Positions 33,840-54,901 are shown, counted from the stretch's first letter. The stretch is 64,000 bases of DNA from an uncultured Planctomycetota bacterium (GCA_963845755.1 CAWJTV010000036.1:64001-128000); one strand, 5' to 3'. Notes: generated by a model not told the origin, from the sequence alone. Numbers and translations are program-made.

Positions 33840-33926
33840 GGCAGCGACCTCTTCCCGGGAAGCGAGCCGACGAATTGAAGACCCCGGTGTCTCTCGAGCG
33901 GCTCACGCTTGGGTTGCGGACGGAGG

Positions 33927-33993
33927 AGTAGGGTGCTCTGTGAGCACCGATGCTCGTCGCCGGCCCTTTGCGGTGCTCACAGAGCACCCTACT
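33927..33993. repeat. GTAG-type REP doublet
   Basis: Perfect 23-bp inverted repeat AGTAGGGTGCTCTGTGAGCACCG (33927-33949 / 33971-33993); related half copy at 40801-40823. Confidence 0.85.
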
Positions 33994-34075
33994 TAACTTA
34001 CGAGGTCCATCAGAGAAAGTAACAAATCTTCCCGGTCGCGATGGTTCTCTCGACGGCCGAACGGGTTTTCCGACC

Positions 34076-35833
34076 TTATTTGGACTTGAGCTCGAGGATC
34101 GGATCGAATGGCGTCGGAGGGGCCTTGAGGCATTCCACGGCCCGTCCCAGGAGCGTCAGACTCGGTAGGTCGTAGGTTCCCCCGGCCCCATTCAGCATCG
34201 GAACGAGAAGCTGGCAGCATTCGCTCCACCTGGCGGCTTCGAAAAGGCCCAATGCACGCTCGTAGGACTCGCTCCGACCCTGCCAATCTCCGGAAGCCGT
34301 CTCGGCGTGAAGCTCATGAAGGTCCACTTCCCCGGCAATCCCCACGACCCGCGTCCGGCAAAGCCGGCGGGTCGCGAACGAGCGGCCTAACAGGTTGCGT
34401 GTCGTCCCGGTGATCAGCAGACTCACCCCCAGGTGCTTGGTCGCCCCCTCGACGCGGCTGGCCAGGTTGACCGTATGTCCGAGCGGGCCGTAATTGAACT
34501 TCTTGTGGCTGCCCGTGTTGCCGACCAGGGCGGGTCCCGAGTTGATGCCGATCCCCAATCCCAGAGATCTCCCGAGCCGTCCTTCCCAGATCCGGTTGAG
34601 CTCTGGCAACCCGTCCCTCATCGCCAGCGCCGCGCGGCAGGCTCGCACGGCGTGATCGGGCTGCTCCAGCGGAGCGTTCCACATCGCGAGCAGTCCGTCG
34701 CCGATATACGTGACGACGACCCCCGCACATTCCATGATCTTGGCCGTCAGATGTTCCATGATCTCGCGAATGAGCTCGCAGGTCTGCCGGGCGGACAGTT
34801 GCTCCGAAAGCGCGGAGAACCCGCGAATATCGGCGAACAGCACGGTGACCTCGCGCTCGCGGCCATCGAGCAATTCGGGGTCGCGGTCCAGCGCGGCGGA
34901 CAGGTCGGGCGTGAAGAACTGCTCGAACTGGACCCGACGCCGGGCGGCCTGGGCCTCGCTCTCGAGTCGTGCCAGCCCCGCCGCCACGGCCGCGGCCAGG
35001 ACCTGGGTCAACTGGGCCTCGAGCGGGCGGATCTCGGGCGAGCGCCCCGTCCCGCGCCGGGCTCCGTAAACCACCCCGATGACCTCCTGAGCCTCGTTGA
35101 GGATCGGCGACGCAACCACGGCGGCCACGCCCAGCAGGCTGGCGGCCGTCGCGTGCGCCTCGACCCCCTGGAAGAAGGTCCGTCGTTCGCGGACGACCGT
35201 CTCCAGGATCGAACGGCTGAACTGATCTTCGGCATCCGCCTGCTGAGGATGAGCGGCCACGCGCACCCAGTCACCCTCTCGCGACAGCAGGACCAGGCCG
35301 ATATCCAGACCGATCAGCTCGACGACGGCCCGCGCGGTCTCGGCGAAGAAGTCGGGCGACGATGCCGCGGCCCGTTCCACCCCGACCAGGGCTTCAAACC
35401 AGCGGGTCAGCTCTTCGGTGTCCGGCGCGTCGCCCAGTCGGGGCACCAGGGTCCGGCCGGCAAGACCGGTGGCGAGGGGTGGGTCGATCGTCCTCAGAGG
35501 AGTCGCTCCTGGCGGCTCCTCGCAAACCGCGCACTCGATCTCGATGAGTGTGTCACCCAGTTGAAGTCGGGCCGGTAGACTGGCGGATCGCTCGCCGCCG
35601 GGCTCGATCAGGCTCCCGTCCGCGAGCCGTACCGTCACCTTCGTACTCAGGTTGCAGAGACGGACTCGGTTCCCCTCCTGTTCTTCCAGGCAGAGCTGAT
35701 TGTTGGAAACCGTGGGGTCCTGGAGCACGCTACGGGCGACATCCCTGCGGGGACCACGCCCGAATTCGAGCGGGCCGTCCCGATGAAGGAAACGCTCGCG
35801 CTCCGTCCGATTGCTCACGAGAATCCACAACAT
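34076..35833 (-). CDS. FHA-GAF-class III nucleotide cyclase
   Basis: FHA-like FGRG...DPTVS; GAF; VLFADIRGFS, YIGDG, GIGINSG, VNLASRVEG. Confidence 0.9.
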   Translation of the reverse strand: MLWILVSNRTERERFLHRDGPLEFGRGPRRDVARSVLQDPTVSNNQLCLEEQEGNRVRLCNLSTKVTVRLADGSLIEPGGERSASLPARLQLGDTLIEIECAVCEEPPGATPLRTIDPPLATGLAGRTLVPRLGDAPDTEELTRWFEALVGVERAAASSPDFFAETARAVVELIGLDIGLVLLSREGDWVRVAAHPQQADAEDQFSRSILETVVRERRTFFQGVEAHATAASLLGVAAVVASPILNEAQEVIGVVYGARRGTGRSPEIRPLEAQLTQVLAAAVAAGLARLESEAQAARRRVQFEQFFTPDLSAALDRDPELLDGREREVTVLFADIRGFSALSEQLSARQTCELIREIMEHLTAKIMECAGVVVTYIGDGLLAMWNAPLEQPDHAVRACRAALAMRDGLPELNRIWEGRLGRSLGLGIGINSGPALVGNTGSHKKFNYGPLGHTVNLASRVEGATKHLGVSLLITGTTRNLLGRSFATRRLCRTRVVGIAGEVDLHELHAETASGDWQGRSESYERALGLFEAARWSECCQLLVPMLNGAGGTYDLPSLTLLGRAVECLKAPPTPFDPILELKSK

Positions 35834-35854
35834 CGGAAACCCATCCTCGGGACG

Positions 35855-37316
35855 TCATCGAGACGGCGGTGTCGGGGAACGCGGCTCGAGTCCCGACGGG
35901 AGCCGGACGGGCTCGAAACCTTTCGGGCTGTCCAACCCGTCCGGGAACACGAGCTGTTCGCGGAGTCCCTCGAGCCGAGCCCGCAGCCGGTCCTGCTCCG
36001 CTTTTCGCCCGGGAGCCAGATCGATCCAGGACTGGCGCAGCGGCACCAGGGCCAGGTAGCGCTGGGCCGCCTCGTCCCAGCTCGCGATCCGATTCCCGGC
36101 ATCCTCACGATCGAGCCGGCCGATCAGCGTCTGGACATCATCGGCATGGAATCGCCTCGAGGCGACCGCCCTGAGGCATTGGTCCACCGAGGAGGTCGCC
36201 TCCCGCAGAGCGACCCGGACGGCCTTCACATCGGGGACGTCCTTCTCCATCTGGGCGGACAGCCGGCGCAGCGATTCGAGGGACGGCCGGGCATCCGGCT
36301 CGGCCACGATCTCCTCGACCAGGGGGAGCGTCCAGGAGCCCCAGCGCGGTGAGCCGATCGACGTCCCCGACGGTCGAGGTGCACGACGCCAGGCCTGGTC
36401 GCGCAGGTCGTGATGACAGGAGAAGCAGCCGTACTCGGTGAACTCCGGCCAGGGCGCCGCGTGCTGGTCAACCGCGTCGATCCGCGATCGTAACAGCTCC
36501 AGCGACGACTTCATGACGGCCAGCCGGCCGATCGCCCAGGCGTGCGCCGGGAAATCCACGGCGCGCGCGGGAGAGGACGGGGCCGTCGGCGTCGCATTGT
36601 CCCCCTTCTCAACCCAGTGGGGCGGCATATTATCCAGATAAGCCGAGAGCTCGAAGATCAGCCGCGGGTGGCCGGCGGCGATCAAGTCGTGGTTCACGTC
36701 GCGGACCGGCTGCCCATTGCCGGCGCCGGCGCCGACATGGCAGCCGGCGCAGAGTCTGGGCGCGATGCACGAGATCCTGGGCATTCACCAGGCCCAGCGC
36801 CTGCTTCTCGGGCCAGGGCCGGTTTCTCCACCCAATCGTCGTATGCGGACCGAGCCAGCGCCCGGAACCGCCATGACAGGACTCACAGCCCACGCCGTCG
36901 GAGTCCATCCACGCCGTCGTCGTCAGCTCCGACGCCGGGCGCGGCGTCGTGTGGCAGGCCAGGCAGCGATCGTCCCGATGAGCGGGCTTCACCCGGGCCG
37001 GGTTGACCGCGAGGTTGCGGACGATCCGATCCGAGCGTGGGTCGAACAGGACCTGGTAGGCTCGGGAATGGGCGTCGTCGGCCAGCCAGGTGGTGTGCTC
37101 ATTCCCGAGGATCGTCGAGAGCGAGGACTCTCTCGGCGCGATACTCCCGTGACAGGCCGTCGCCGAGCACGAGCCGGACCCTCGGAACTCGGATCCGGAC
37201 GGCGCCTCCACCGTATAAAGCCGGCGAACCTGACGACCCGGCGTCTCATCTCCGCGGCAGAGCACGACGAGCCAGACTGCGGCCAGCAGTAACGGACTCC
37301 AGCGTGCTCGACTCAT
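35855..37316 (-). CDS. Cytochrome c554-like multiheme protein (indel near 36750)
   Basis: Signal peptide; CSATACH, CLACH, GVGCESCHG, CAGCH, CFSCHH; HDLIAAGHPRL. Confidence 0.88.
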
Positions 37317-37546
37317 CACGGCCTCCGGAGGTTCGGCGCGATACGCGTTCGACCGATGGGACGGACTTCGTCCCCTGCCAGGATAAGGTGCGGATGGAGA
37401 AAAAGCCACGAATGGCTGAGGTCCCGGCTTTCTTGTAATATAACATTCGACAAGAATCCGGGCGGATCCGATTACGGGATATGACGCCGGCAAGAAAGTG
37501 GGTCGGGCTTGAGAGTCTTCTTCGGTAAGATCTCTGCGCCGTGCGC

Positions 37547-37917
37547 GCATCTGGGGAATTCTGGATTCCCGATTCGAGATTCGAGATTCCCGATGGGACG
37601 ATTTCTGGATCCGGAATCTCGAATCTCGCATCGGGAATCCCTCTGGGGTTGCGGGCGAAGGCCACGTTAGCATCTGGGGAAATCCTGGATTCCCGATTCG
37701 AGATTCGAGATTCCCGATGGGACGATTTCTGGATCCGGAATCTCGAATCTCGCATCGGGAATCTCTCTGGGGTTGCGGCCGAAGGCCACGTTAGCATCTG
37801 GGGAGTCCTGGATTCCCGATTCGAGATTCGAGATTCCCGATGGGACGATTTCTGGATCCGGAATCTCGAATCTCGCATCGGGAATTCCTCTGGGGTTGCG
37901 GCCGCAGGCCGCGTTAG
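37547..37917. repeat. Three tandem ~123-bp palindromic units
   Basis: Units start at 37547, 37670 and 37794. Each has a ~27-bp heptamer-built stem and ends in GTTGCGG(C/G)CG(A/C)AGGCC(A/G)CGTTAG. Confidence 0.95.
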
Positions 37918-37972
37918 GCCTGAGCCCGACCTACGGTACCGGGAGCGACTGATTCGAGGTGGTAGAGGCGGC

Positions 37973-38949
37973 ATGCTGGTCTTCGACCGTGACAACTGGC
38001 CGTATCATCGCTCCTGGTGTCTCGCCATCGTGTTGGCGACGGCGGCGGGCGCGATCTGGTACGTCATCTACGGGTTCAGCTCGGGCTCCTGGCACTGGCC
38101 CGGCGGCGGCAGTCCGCCCGGCTTCGCGTACGGGGCGCTGGGCGGCGCGATCATCCTGTTCGAGATGCTGCTCTGGCCGCGCAAGTCGCTCTGGCGGGGA
38201 TGGCGATTGGGCCGCACCAAGTGGTGGATGACGGGGCACATCTGGCTGGGCCTCCTCGCGCTCCCCTTGCTGTTGCTGCACGGCGGGTTCCATTTCAATC
38301 CCGCCACCTCCACGCTCGCCGCCGTCCTCATGTGGTTGCTGGTCGTCGTGGTCGGCAGTGGCATCTTCGGCCTGGTCGTTCAGAATATCGTCCCGCGGCT
38401 CATGCTCGAGCGGTTACCGGCCGAAACGATCACCTCGCAGATCGACCGCGTGCTGGCCCAGTATCGCGATGATGCCGAGTGGTTAGTGCGCGCCACCTGC
38501 GGGGACCCGCCGGCCGATGGGCTGGGCGAGGCCGCCCGTGAGGCCCCGGGATTCGTCGCGATCGGTACGGTACGGCAGGTCGGGCGGGTGCAGGGCAAGG
38601 TCGTCCAGGCCGCCTTCGAAGCCGGCTACGTGCCCGAGTCCGAGCCGCTGCTCGCGTTCTACCGCGAGCTGGTCGAGCCCTACCTGCGGCGAAGTCCGGG
38701 ACGGGGCTTCCGCTGGGATCGTCGCGGCGGACCGCACCGCTGTTCCAGGCCCTCAAGGATCGCCTGCGCCCGGAGGCCCATCCCGTCGTCGATCGACTGG
38801 CCGACCTCTGCGACCAGCGCCGCCAGTTCGACCTCCAGGCCCGTCTACACAGTTGGCTGTTCACCTGGCTCGGCGTCCATGTCGCCCTGTCGGTCGCGCT
38901 GCTGGTATTGATGGTCATCCATGTTTTCTTGGCGTTGAAGTATGTCTGA
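37973..38949 (+). CDS. Integral membrane protein, probable di-heme cytochrome b (indel near 38690)
   Basis: Two TM helices each with a His pair 14 residues apart: GHIWLGLLALPLLLLHGG and VHVALSVALLVLMVIHV. Confidence 0.75.
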
Positions 38950-40527
38950 AACGAGCAAGCAGCGACAGTCGCGGATCGACCTGGGCTATTATCGGCTCCC
39001 CGACGCCCAGTCGCGCCGGCGGCGCTGGCTGATCCTGTCGGCCCTGCTGATCGCGGTGGCCTGGGTCGCGGCCGCACCGATCTGGAGCCAGGGGCGGGAC
39101 GGCGCGCGTGCGGTTCTTCCAGCAGGCCGGGCTGGCCTCGAAAGGGCCGCTGGCCCGGCCGCACGCGATGTGGGAGTCCAACTGCGAGGCGTGCCACGTC
39201 CCGTTCACGCCGGTCAACGGCTCGCGGTGGTCGCCGTCCTTGCGGAGCGGGTCGCATGCCGGCGAGGATTCCTGCCGGGCCTGCCACGCCGGGCCGAGCC
39301 ACCACGCGAGCCAGCTCGCGCGGGACGTCCCCTCGTGCGCCGAGTGCCATCGCGATCATCGCGGTCGGGACGCCTCGCTCCTGGTCATGGACGACTCGGC
39401 CTGCACTTCCTGTCACCGGGACCTGTCCCAGCACCGCGACCCGGCCGCCGGCCGGATGCTGACGGCGGCCTCGGTGACCCGGTTCGGCGCCGACCCGGCC
39501 CAGCACCCCGGCTTCACACCGCCGCTTGGCGTGCCGGGGCCCGACTCGGGGCGGATCAAGTTCAGCCACGCCCGGCACCTGGCCAATGGCCTGACGATGG
39601 CGAAAGACGGCGTCCCGTTCACGTTCGCCAGCCTGGACGAGCCGGACCGCGCCCGATACGGCTGGACCACCGGCCGGGACAGCGAGTCCATCCAGCTCCG
39701 GTGCGACTCATGCCATCGACTCGATGGCGGGGACAAGGAAAGCCCGGCCCTCCCGCGTTCGCCGGGTGCGTCGATGCGGCCGGTCACGTATGAGACGGAC
39801 TGTCGCGCCTGCCATCCGCTCCCTTTCGACGCGAAGGATCCTCAGCGGAAGATCCGTCATGGCCTCCGGCCGCGAGAGGTCGTCGAGGAGCTGAATCAGC
39901 TCTACACCGCACAGGCGGTCAAGTCCGATCCCGCCCTGCTCCGCCGGTTCGTGCCTCCGCGGCCGATCCCCGGCCGGCCCGTGGCCGAGGAGCAGGCGCG
40001 AGCCGAGAAGGCCGCGGCGGACAGGACGCTGTCGGCCCTCAAGCGGCTCTTCGGCTCGGCCGTCGACGAGGGGGTGAGGAGCAGCCAGGGGCTCCCGATG
40101 GGGCGAGGGGGCTGCGTCGAGTGCCACGAGCTGACACCTTCGTCCCGGCCGCTGGTGGACCTGGACGCGGTATCGAGCCTGGAACTCAAGCCGGTCGTCG
40201 TGCGGTCGCTGTGGTACGAGAGCGCCGCCTTTAACCACGCGGCCCACCGGGCGCTGGAGTGCGCGGGCTGCCACGCGGGAGCCTCGGAGTTCGACCGACC
40301 CGGCCCGCCTGCTGCTGCCGGATGTCGGGCAATGCACGAGTTGCCATGCCCCTGCGACAACCCAGGGGAGTCGTCCGCAAGGCGGGGCCGGTGTATCGTG
40401 CGTCGAGTGCCACCGCTATCATGACGGCGATCATCCTACCCGGGGGGTCGGGTCCACCGCGCGCCGGGGCTCGGTGGAAATGAGCCTGGAGCAGTTCCTG
40501 AGCGGTGGACCGCCGCGCGGGCGGTGA
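38942..40527 (+). CDS. Membrane-anchored decaheme cytochrome c (c3-like); indels near 39105 and 40290
   Basis: N-terminal TM; 10 CxxCH (CEACH, CRACH, CAECH, CTSCH, CDSCH, CRACH, CVECH, CAGCH, CTSCH, CVECH); FSHARH and FNHAAH distal ligands; overlaps the upstream stop. Confidence 0.88.
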
Positions 40528-40577
40528 GCTTTGCCGATGGCGCGGGCGGTGAGCAAGGCGACCGGATAACTTCGGAT

Positions 40578-40770
40578 GACTCACCACAGAGTCACAGAGA
40601 GCACAGAGAAAACAGAAAAACGTACGAATTCTGATTTTCGGTCCGATCTGCTGGGGGGAAGCGATTCCGCATGCGCTCAAGGGATCACGACGCGTCTTCG
40701 TCTTCTCTGTGCCCTCTGTGACTCTGTGGTGAGTCTCTTGTGATTGGTTGGTTGCGGCTCGGCCGCGCTG
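40578..40770. repeat. Nonamer-built inverted-repeat element
   Basis: 33-bp IR GACTCACCACAGAGTCACAGAG(A/G)GCACAGAGAA (40578-40610 / 40703-40735), followed by GTTGCGGCTCGGCCGCGCTG. Confidence 0.9.
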
Positions 40771-40866
40771 TGAACACCGAATTCGGCAAAGTCCGCCGGA
40801 TCGGTGCTCACAGAGCCCCCGACAAAGAGCTTGCGAGACAGTCACTGAGAGAGGTCGGAGCCAACG

Positions 40867-43800
40867 ATGCCGCTGTACTCGGGACGCTATGCTCAGATCC
40901 TCGAGGAAGAACAGGATCCGGAACGATTCATCCGCCGCTTCCTGGCCGTGCTGGAAGCCGACCTGCGTGAGACCGCGCTCCTGGGACTCGCGGCCTGGCA
41001 TCAGGCGAGTCTCCCGAAGGAGCAGTGGCAGGCCGCCTTGCCGAACCTCTTCAAGGCCATCGCCGGCCTGCAGAAGCCCGCGTACGGGCACTGGAACGGC
41101 CTGCTCTATTCGCTCCGGGACGCGTTGAGGCTGGCACAACCGGCGCCGGGTTCCCCGTCGGACGCGAATGCGCCGTGGATGCTGGAAGCGATCCTCGCCT
41201 GGCTCCGGGAGCCGACCGAGCCGCTGGTGGCCGCGGCCCTTCGGGGCATGTCCCAGCCGCTGGGCTACTCGCTGCCGGGTGATCTCAGCCGATGGCACGC
41301 GATCAGCCTGACGGTTTGCCTGCGGAACCGGATCGCGCACGAGCATCCGGTGGACGCCTGGTGGGCGGCCATGGCCCCGGGAGTGATTCGGCTGGCGTCC
41401 AGCCTGGCCGCCCTTCCCCCCTGCCTCGATTCGGGTCGGTTGGTCTATCCGAGCCCGTGGTTCCTCCAGCGCGAGGGCGTCCTTTATGCCTTCGGCGGGA
41501 TCCAGGGGGATGACGTGATCTACGCCGCGCCTGGGCTCGCCGCGGTGCGCCTGCCGGCGACCCAGACAGAGATCGTCCGGGCGTTCCAGCACGCCCTCGG
41601 CCAGGCGGAAATCCAGCAGGCGGCGTTCCGGGAGATGCTCTCGAAGCTGGCCCCCGAGGAGATCCGGGGCGTGTTGCTCGGCGACTTCCTCCTGGGTCCT
41701 CCGGTCGCCCAGGGCGGGTTCGCGGTCGTGCACAAGGGCTATCAGCTCAGCACGCAGCGGAAGGCCGCCCTCAAGGTCTTCCCCGACGCGTTGACGGAGT
41801 CGAAACGCGCGCTCATGCGGAAGGAGGCGACCCATCTGGGGGCGTTCAACACCCCCGAGATCGTCCGCCTGATCGGGCTCTATGAGAACGTCCCCTGGGT
41901 GATGCCGGCTGATATCAGCCTGTCCGCGGAACCCTGGTTCCGGACCTACAAGAAGACGTCGCCCTTCAAGACCTTCCTGGCGATGGAGTGGGTGGACGGC
42001 GAGAAGCTCGATGATCTGTATCGACGGCCCGCCGCCGCGGCGCCGGCGATCCCCGTCCTGGTGGAGTGGTTCGCGACGGCCGCCGAGGCGCTGGCGAAGG
42101 TGCACGCCCATCCCGGCGGCCTGATCCATCGCGACGTCACGCCGAACAACCTGATGGTGACCGTCAACGGGCAGCTCAAGCTGATGGACTTCGGCATCGG
42201 CGCGGAGGAGCCGAGCGGCGCGACCTGGTGACGCGAACCCAGCTCGGCGTGGGCACTCCGGCCTACATGGCACCCGAGCAGCTCGACGAGGTCTGGACCG
42301 ACCGGTCCGACGTGTATGCCCTGTGCGCGACGTTCTACGAGTTGTTCGCAAGAAAGCGGTTGTACGACCACGATCGCTCGGACATGGCTACCGTCAACAA
42401 GAAGAAGCGCGACGGCGATCCACCGGATTCGCCGCGGCGCGGCAATCCCGAGGTCCCCTGGGAGATCGACACCCTGCTCCTGGGCAGCCTTCGGAAGGAA
42501 CCGGAGCTGCGTCCGGCGAGCCGTGAGCTGGCCGATGACCTGCGCCGGGTTCAGGCCAATCAGCCGATCCACTACAAACGGCCGCCATTTCGGCGACGGA
42601 CGGCCTTGTGGTATCGGAGGAACCGCACGGCGGTGAGGGCCGCCCTCGCCGCCTGCGTCCTCCTCGGCGGCCTCTCGACGGTCCTCGGCATGCTCTGGTT
42701 GGGAGAGCAGCGTCGGTCCACCCAGATGACGAGTCAGGTGGGGGGCCTCAAGCAGGCGGTCGATGTGAGCGAGCGGCTGGCCGAGGAGCGATCGAAGGAA
42801 GCGGCGCTGCGCAAGGGGCGCGAGCTTCGCACACGCTACCTGATCGAGGTCAAGGACGCCTACAAGGCCTGGGAGGCGAATCATCCCGATGAGGCGCGAG
42901 TGCTGCTCGACCGGCTGGTGCCCGCGAACACCGGGGGGCCCGACCTGAGGGAGGTCGAGTGGTATTACCTCGACTATGTGCTGAGCGCCACCAGCCGCGA
43001 GCTGAATTTTGGTGGCCAGGTGCACGCCGTCCGCTTCAGCCCCGACGGGAAACGTCTCGCCGCATTGGGGATTGCCGACGACGACTCTTACTGCGTCAAT
43101 CTCTGGGAGTCTCCCGGGTTCAGGCACGAGCGAACGCTGGTGCTCGAGCCCAAGGCGACCTCCGGGAACATTTCGCCAGTGCGCAGTGCGCTCGTCGGCC
43201 CGGAAAACCTGGCCTTTAGCCAGAAGGGATCGCTGCTGGCGGTCACGTATGGATTCCGGCAGAAGACCCGAATCGACGGCATCGTCAAGGTCTGGGAATG
43301 CGACACCGGCAGACAGGTCTTTTCTGCCTCCGACGCCGGTATCGCGGGTGGGGCGGTGCTCTTCAGCCCGGACGGCCGGTACCTGATCGCCGGCGGATAC
43401 AACAACGCGGCCCTGGTCTGGGATCTCCCGGGCGGAAGCCTGCGATGGACCCTGCCGGGCTACGACTCGAGCGGAGTCGTCGGTACGCCTTCGGCCGTTG
43501 CGCACAAGATCGCGCGCCCCGTATTGAACTCGGCAGTCGGGCTCGAGGCTGACGTACGATTGATGCCCTCGGTGAAAGACGTCAGTGAGATCCCGAGACA
43601 GGGCAAAGACCTGCTCATCGTGGCTGAGGTGGATCACGTGCTGCATTTCCGCATATTCAACCGCGCTGGCTACCTGGCCGGGAACAATTTTGAGAGCAGG
43701 CTGCCGTACCGAGCCCGGCAAATCGAGGATCTCCGGAAGCAACTTGTGGACTTGTGGCCTCCTCACCAGCTTACCGAAAGCGAAAAGGGCCGGGTCATCA

Positions 43801-45362
43801 CTGCTGTCGCATCAATCCTCCCTGACACTCACGGGCTCCCTGCGGCGGTCAACCATTTGCTATTCAGCCCGGGAAATCGATACCTCGATCGAGATTCCGG
43901 GACGGGCTGCGCACGAACGGGATGGCCTCCGGCCGATCCCCCTGCCTACGACGATGGGAGGCGGGCTAACGGGACCGTAGAGCGCGACACGATCCTGGCC
44001 TACAGCCCGCCCCAGGGTTCATGGGGGCTGTCGAACGATGTGAGACAGGATCGGCTGACGCTGTTCCATGCGGCGGCCTGGAACGGCGGCCGGCCGGCCG
44101 AGGACAAGACGACCGCCTCGCCGGTACGGGACTTGCGAAACGATTTCTCTCTCGGAATCGGTCAGGATCGGATCCAGACCTTGGCGTTCGGTTCGGACCA
44201 TGTGGCGATCGCCGACGCCGCCGGCCAAGTCGCGGCCATCCAGTTCGACGTCAACGGCGGCACGATCCTCGCGCGTTGCGTTCCGAAGGGCCATAAAGGC
44301 GAGGTCCGCTGCCTTGCCTTCAGCCCGGGTGCGGGCCAGTATCTGGTCGCGGCCGGGCCGCGTAGTCTGACCATCTGGAGTCACATCTTCGCCCTGCCGG
44401 GAAACCGGTTGTTCGCCGATGCGCTGAGGTTGAGGAACGCTGCCAACGCGCTTGATAGCCGCGGGGGTACCAATGGCCGATGGGAATACCGCCTGCTCCC
44501 GGCGCATCCAGGGAGAGGGAGATTCCAGGCGATCGTCGAAATCGATGACCGGGCCTCCCGGCCTGGTCCGCCCCGGAAAGTGGTCACCCCGTTCACGAGC
44601 GCCTTCGCGATCGCCCTGAGTCTCGACGGTACTCGCCTTGCGATCACGAACAACGAGCGGACCACCCGCGCAAAGGCGCCACCGAACCCGGCGCTCGATA
44701 ACATAGAGGGCGCCCGCAGAGAGCCCCCCGACGGACACAATATCTGGATCCTGGACGCCATGTCGGGCGAGCCCTTGCACGTGCTAACCGTGCCCCACGC
44801 TCGGGTGACTCTGAGCCTGGTGTTCGACCGCGACGGAAAGACCTTGCTATCGTCTTCCACCGACAATCAGATCCGGCTGTGGGACGTCGATACCGGCAAT
44901 CTCTTGCGGCAGATGGACTCCAAAGGCGGATTTCGCGAACGGCCGGAGTTAAGCCCCAATGGCCGATGGATCGCCGTCGGTTCCGTCGGAGGCGCCATCA
45001 GTGTCTGGGAAACCGCGACCGCAAAGGCCGTGGCGCATTTTGAAGGCGAACCCGAGCGCTGCATATGGGCATTCCACGACAACCTGCTGGCCGTGCCGGA
45101 GCGAGGGCGGCAGATCAAGGTCTGGGACCTCGAGAAAGGCGCGTTTGTCCAGGAGATGAATGACCTCGGCCGCAAGATCCAGGACCTCGCGTTCCTCGCA
45201 GACGGAAAGCGGCTGGTTTCGTCCAGCGAGGGCACGATGACGCTGTGGACGCTCGAAACGGAAAGTGAGATTTGCTCGATTCCCGTGCCATCCTATATCA
45301 ACGGGCAATGGCCCAAAATCGTGGAGGTGCTCGAGAAGTTGAAGCGGCCGCCGCAACAGTGA
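40867..45362 (+). CDS. HEPN-like domain - Ser/Thr kinase - TM - WD40 protein 1 (indel near 42210)
   Basis: KPAYGHW...LRNRIAH; AQGGFA, HRDVTPNN, DFG, GTPAYMAPEQ; divergent WD40 blades. Confidence 0.85.
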
Positions 45363-45714
45363 GGGCGGACGTTGCAACCCGCCACCACCACGTGACCACG
45401 GGCGTGAGCCCGTGGTTCGGATGGGGAACCTCCAGCCTCGCACGACAGTGCGATCCGCGCAGCCGCTCGGATCGGGCTGACGCCCGAGCTTGGAGGGTTT
45501 CACCCACCCGACGAAAGTCCGATGCCGCTCTCGGGCCGTTTCTGATCCCACTTCGGAAGCGAGCGTCGCAGTCGCTTGCGAGGACGGCATGCTGTGCGTA
45601 TCGTGATATGACGAGGACCGGCAATCGGCCGGTTGCAGGGACGGAGCACGTCCCTACTGGCGAAGTTCACTCGGGAATGATAGCGAGGTTCGCCGAGTGT
45701 CGGGAGCGGCGGAC

Positions 45715-50057
<4,343 letters not shown>

Positions 50058-50180
50058 CTCGATCCATATCAATAGTCTACACTCAGTCAACGATGGACGT
50101 GTGAAGGTGATCAGTCGATGACAAGCCCTCTGAAGGAATCCTCGCAGCAGGAAAAGCGGAGGCGCGCTGAGCGGCCTGAC

Positions 50181-50350
50181 GGGCCGCGGGAGCCCAGCCC
50201 GGGGTGAAACCCCGGGAGTAGAGCGGCCACCTCCAGCCTCTGGCGGCCTGAAGGGCCGCAGGAAGCGTCTCCCGCACCCTTGCAGGGTGCACCGCAAGGG
50301 TCCTAACCGAGGTTCCCGGGGTTTCACCCCGGGCTGGGCTCCCGCGGCCC
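50181..50350. repeat. Intergenic REP-like inverted repeat
   Basis: Perfect 37-bp IR GGGCCGCGGGAGCCCAGCCCGGGGTGAAACCCCGGGA (50181-50217 / 50314-50350). Confidence 0.9.
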
Positions 50351-50486
50351 TTTGGGCCGCATGTCACCGCGATCCCGATCCAGGAGCCCCGGCCTGAGGG
50401 AAAGTGTCGTTCGAGAGACGAAAACTCCTTCGGTTGTCGAGTTCGCGACGATCGTGACGTCCGTCAGAGGTTCGGGAGCCGTACGC

Positions 50487-54901
<4,415 letters not shown>

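Noticed and set aside
37547..37917. CRISPR array
   Set aside because: The units repeat in full with no unique spacers, and no cas genes are present.
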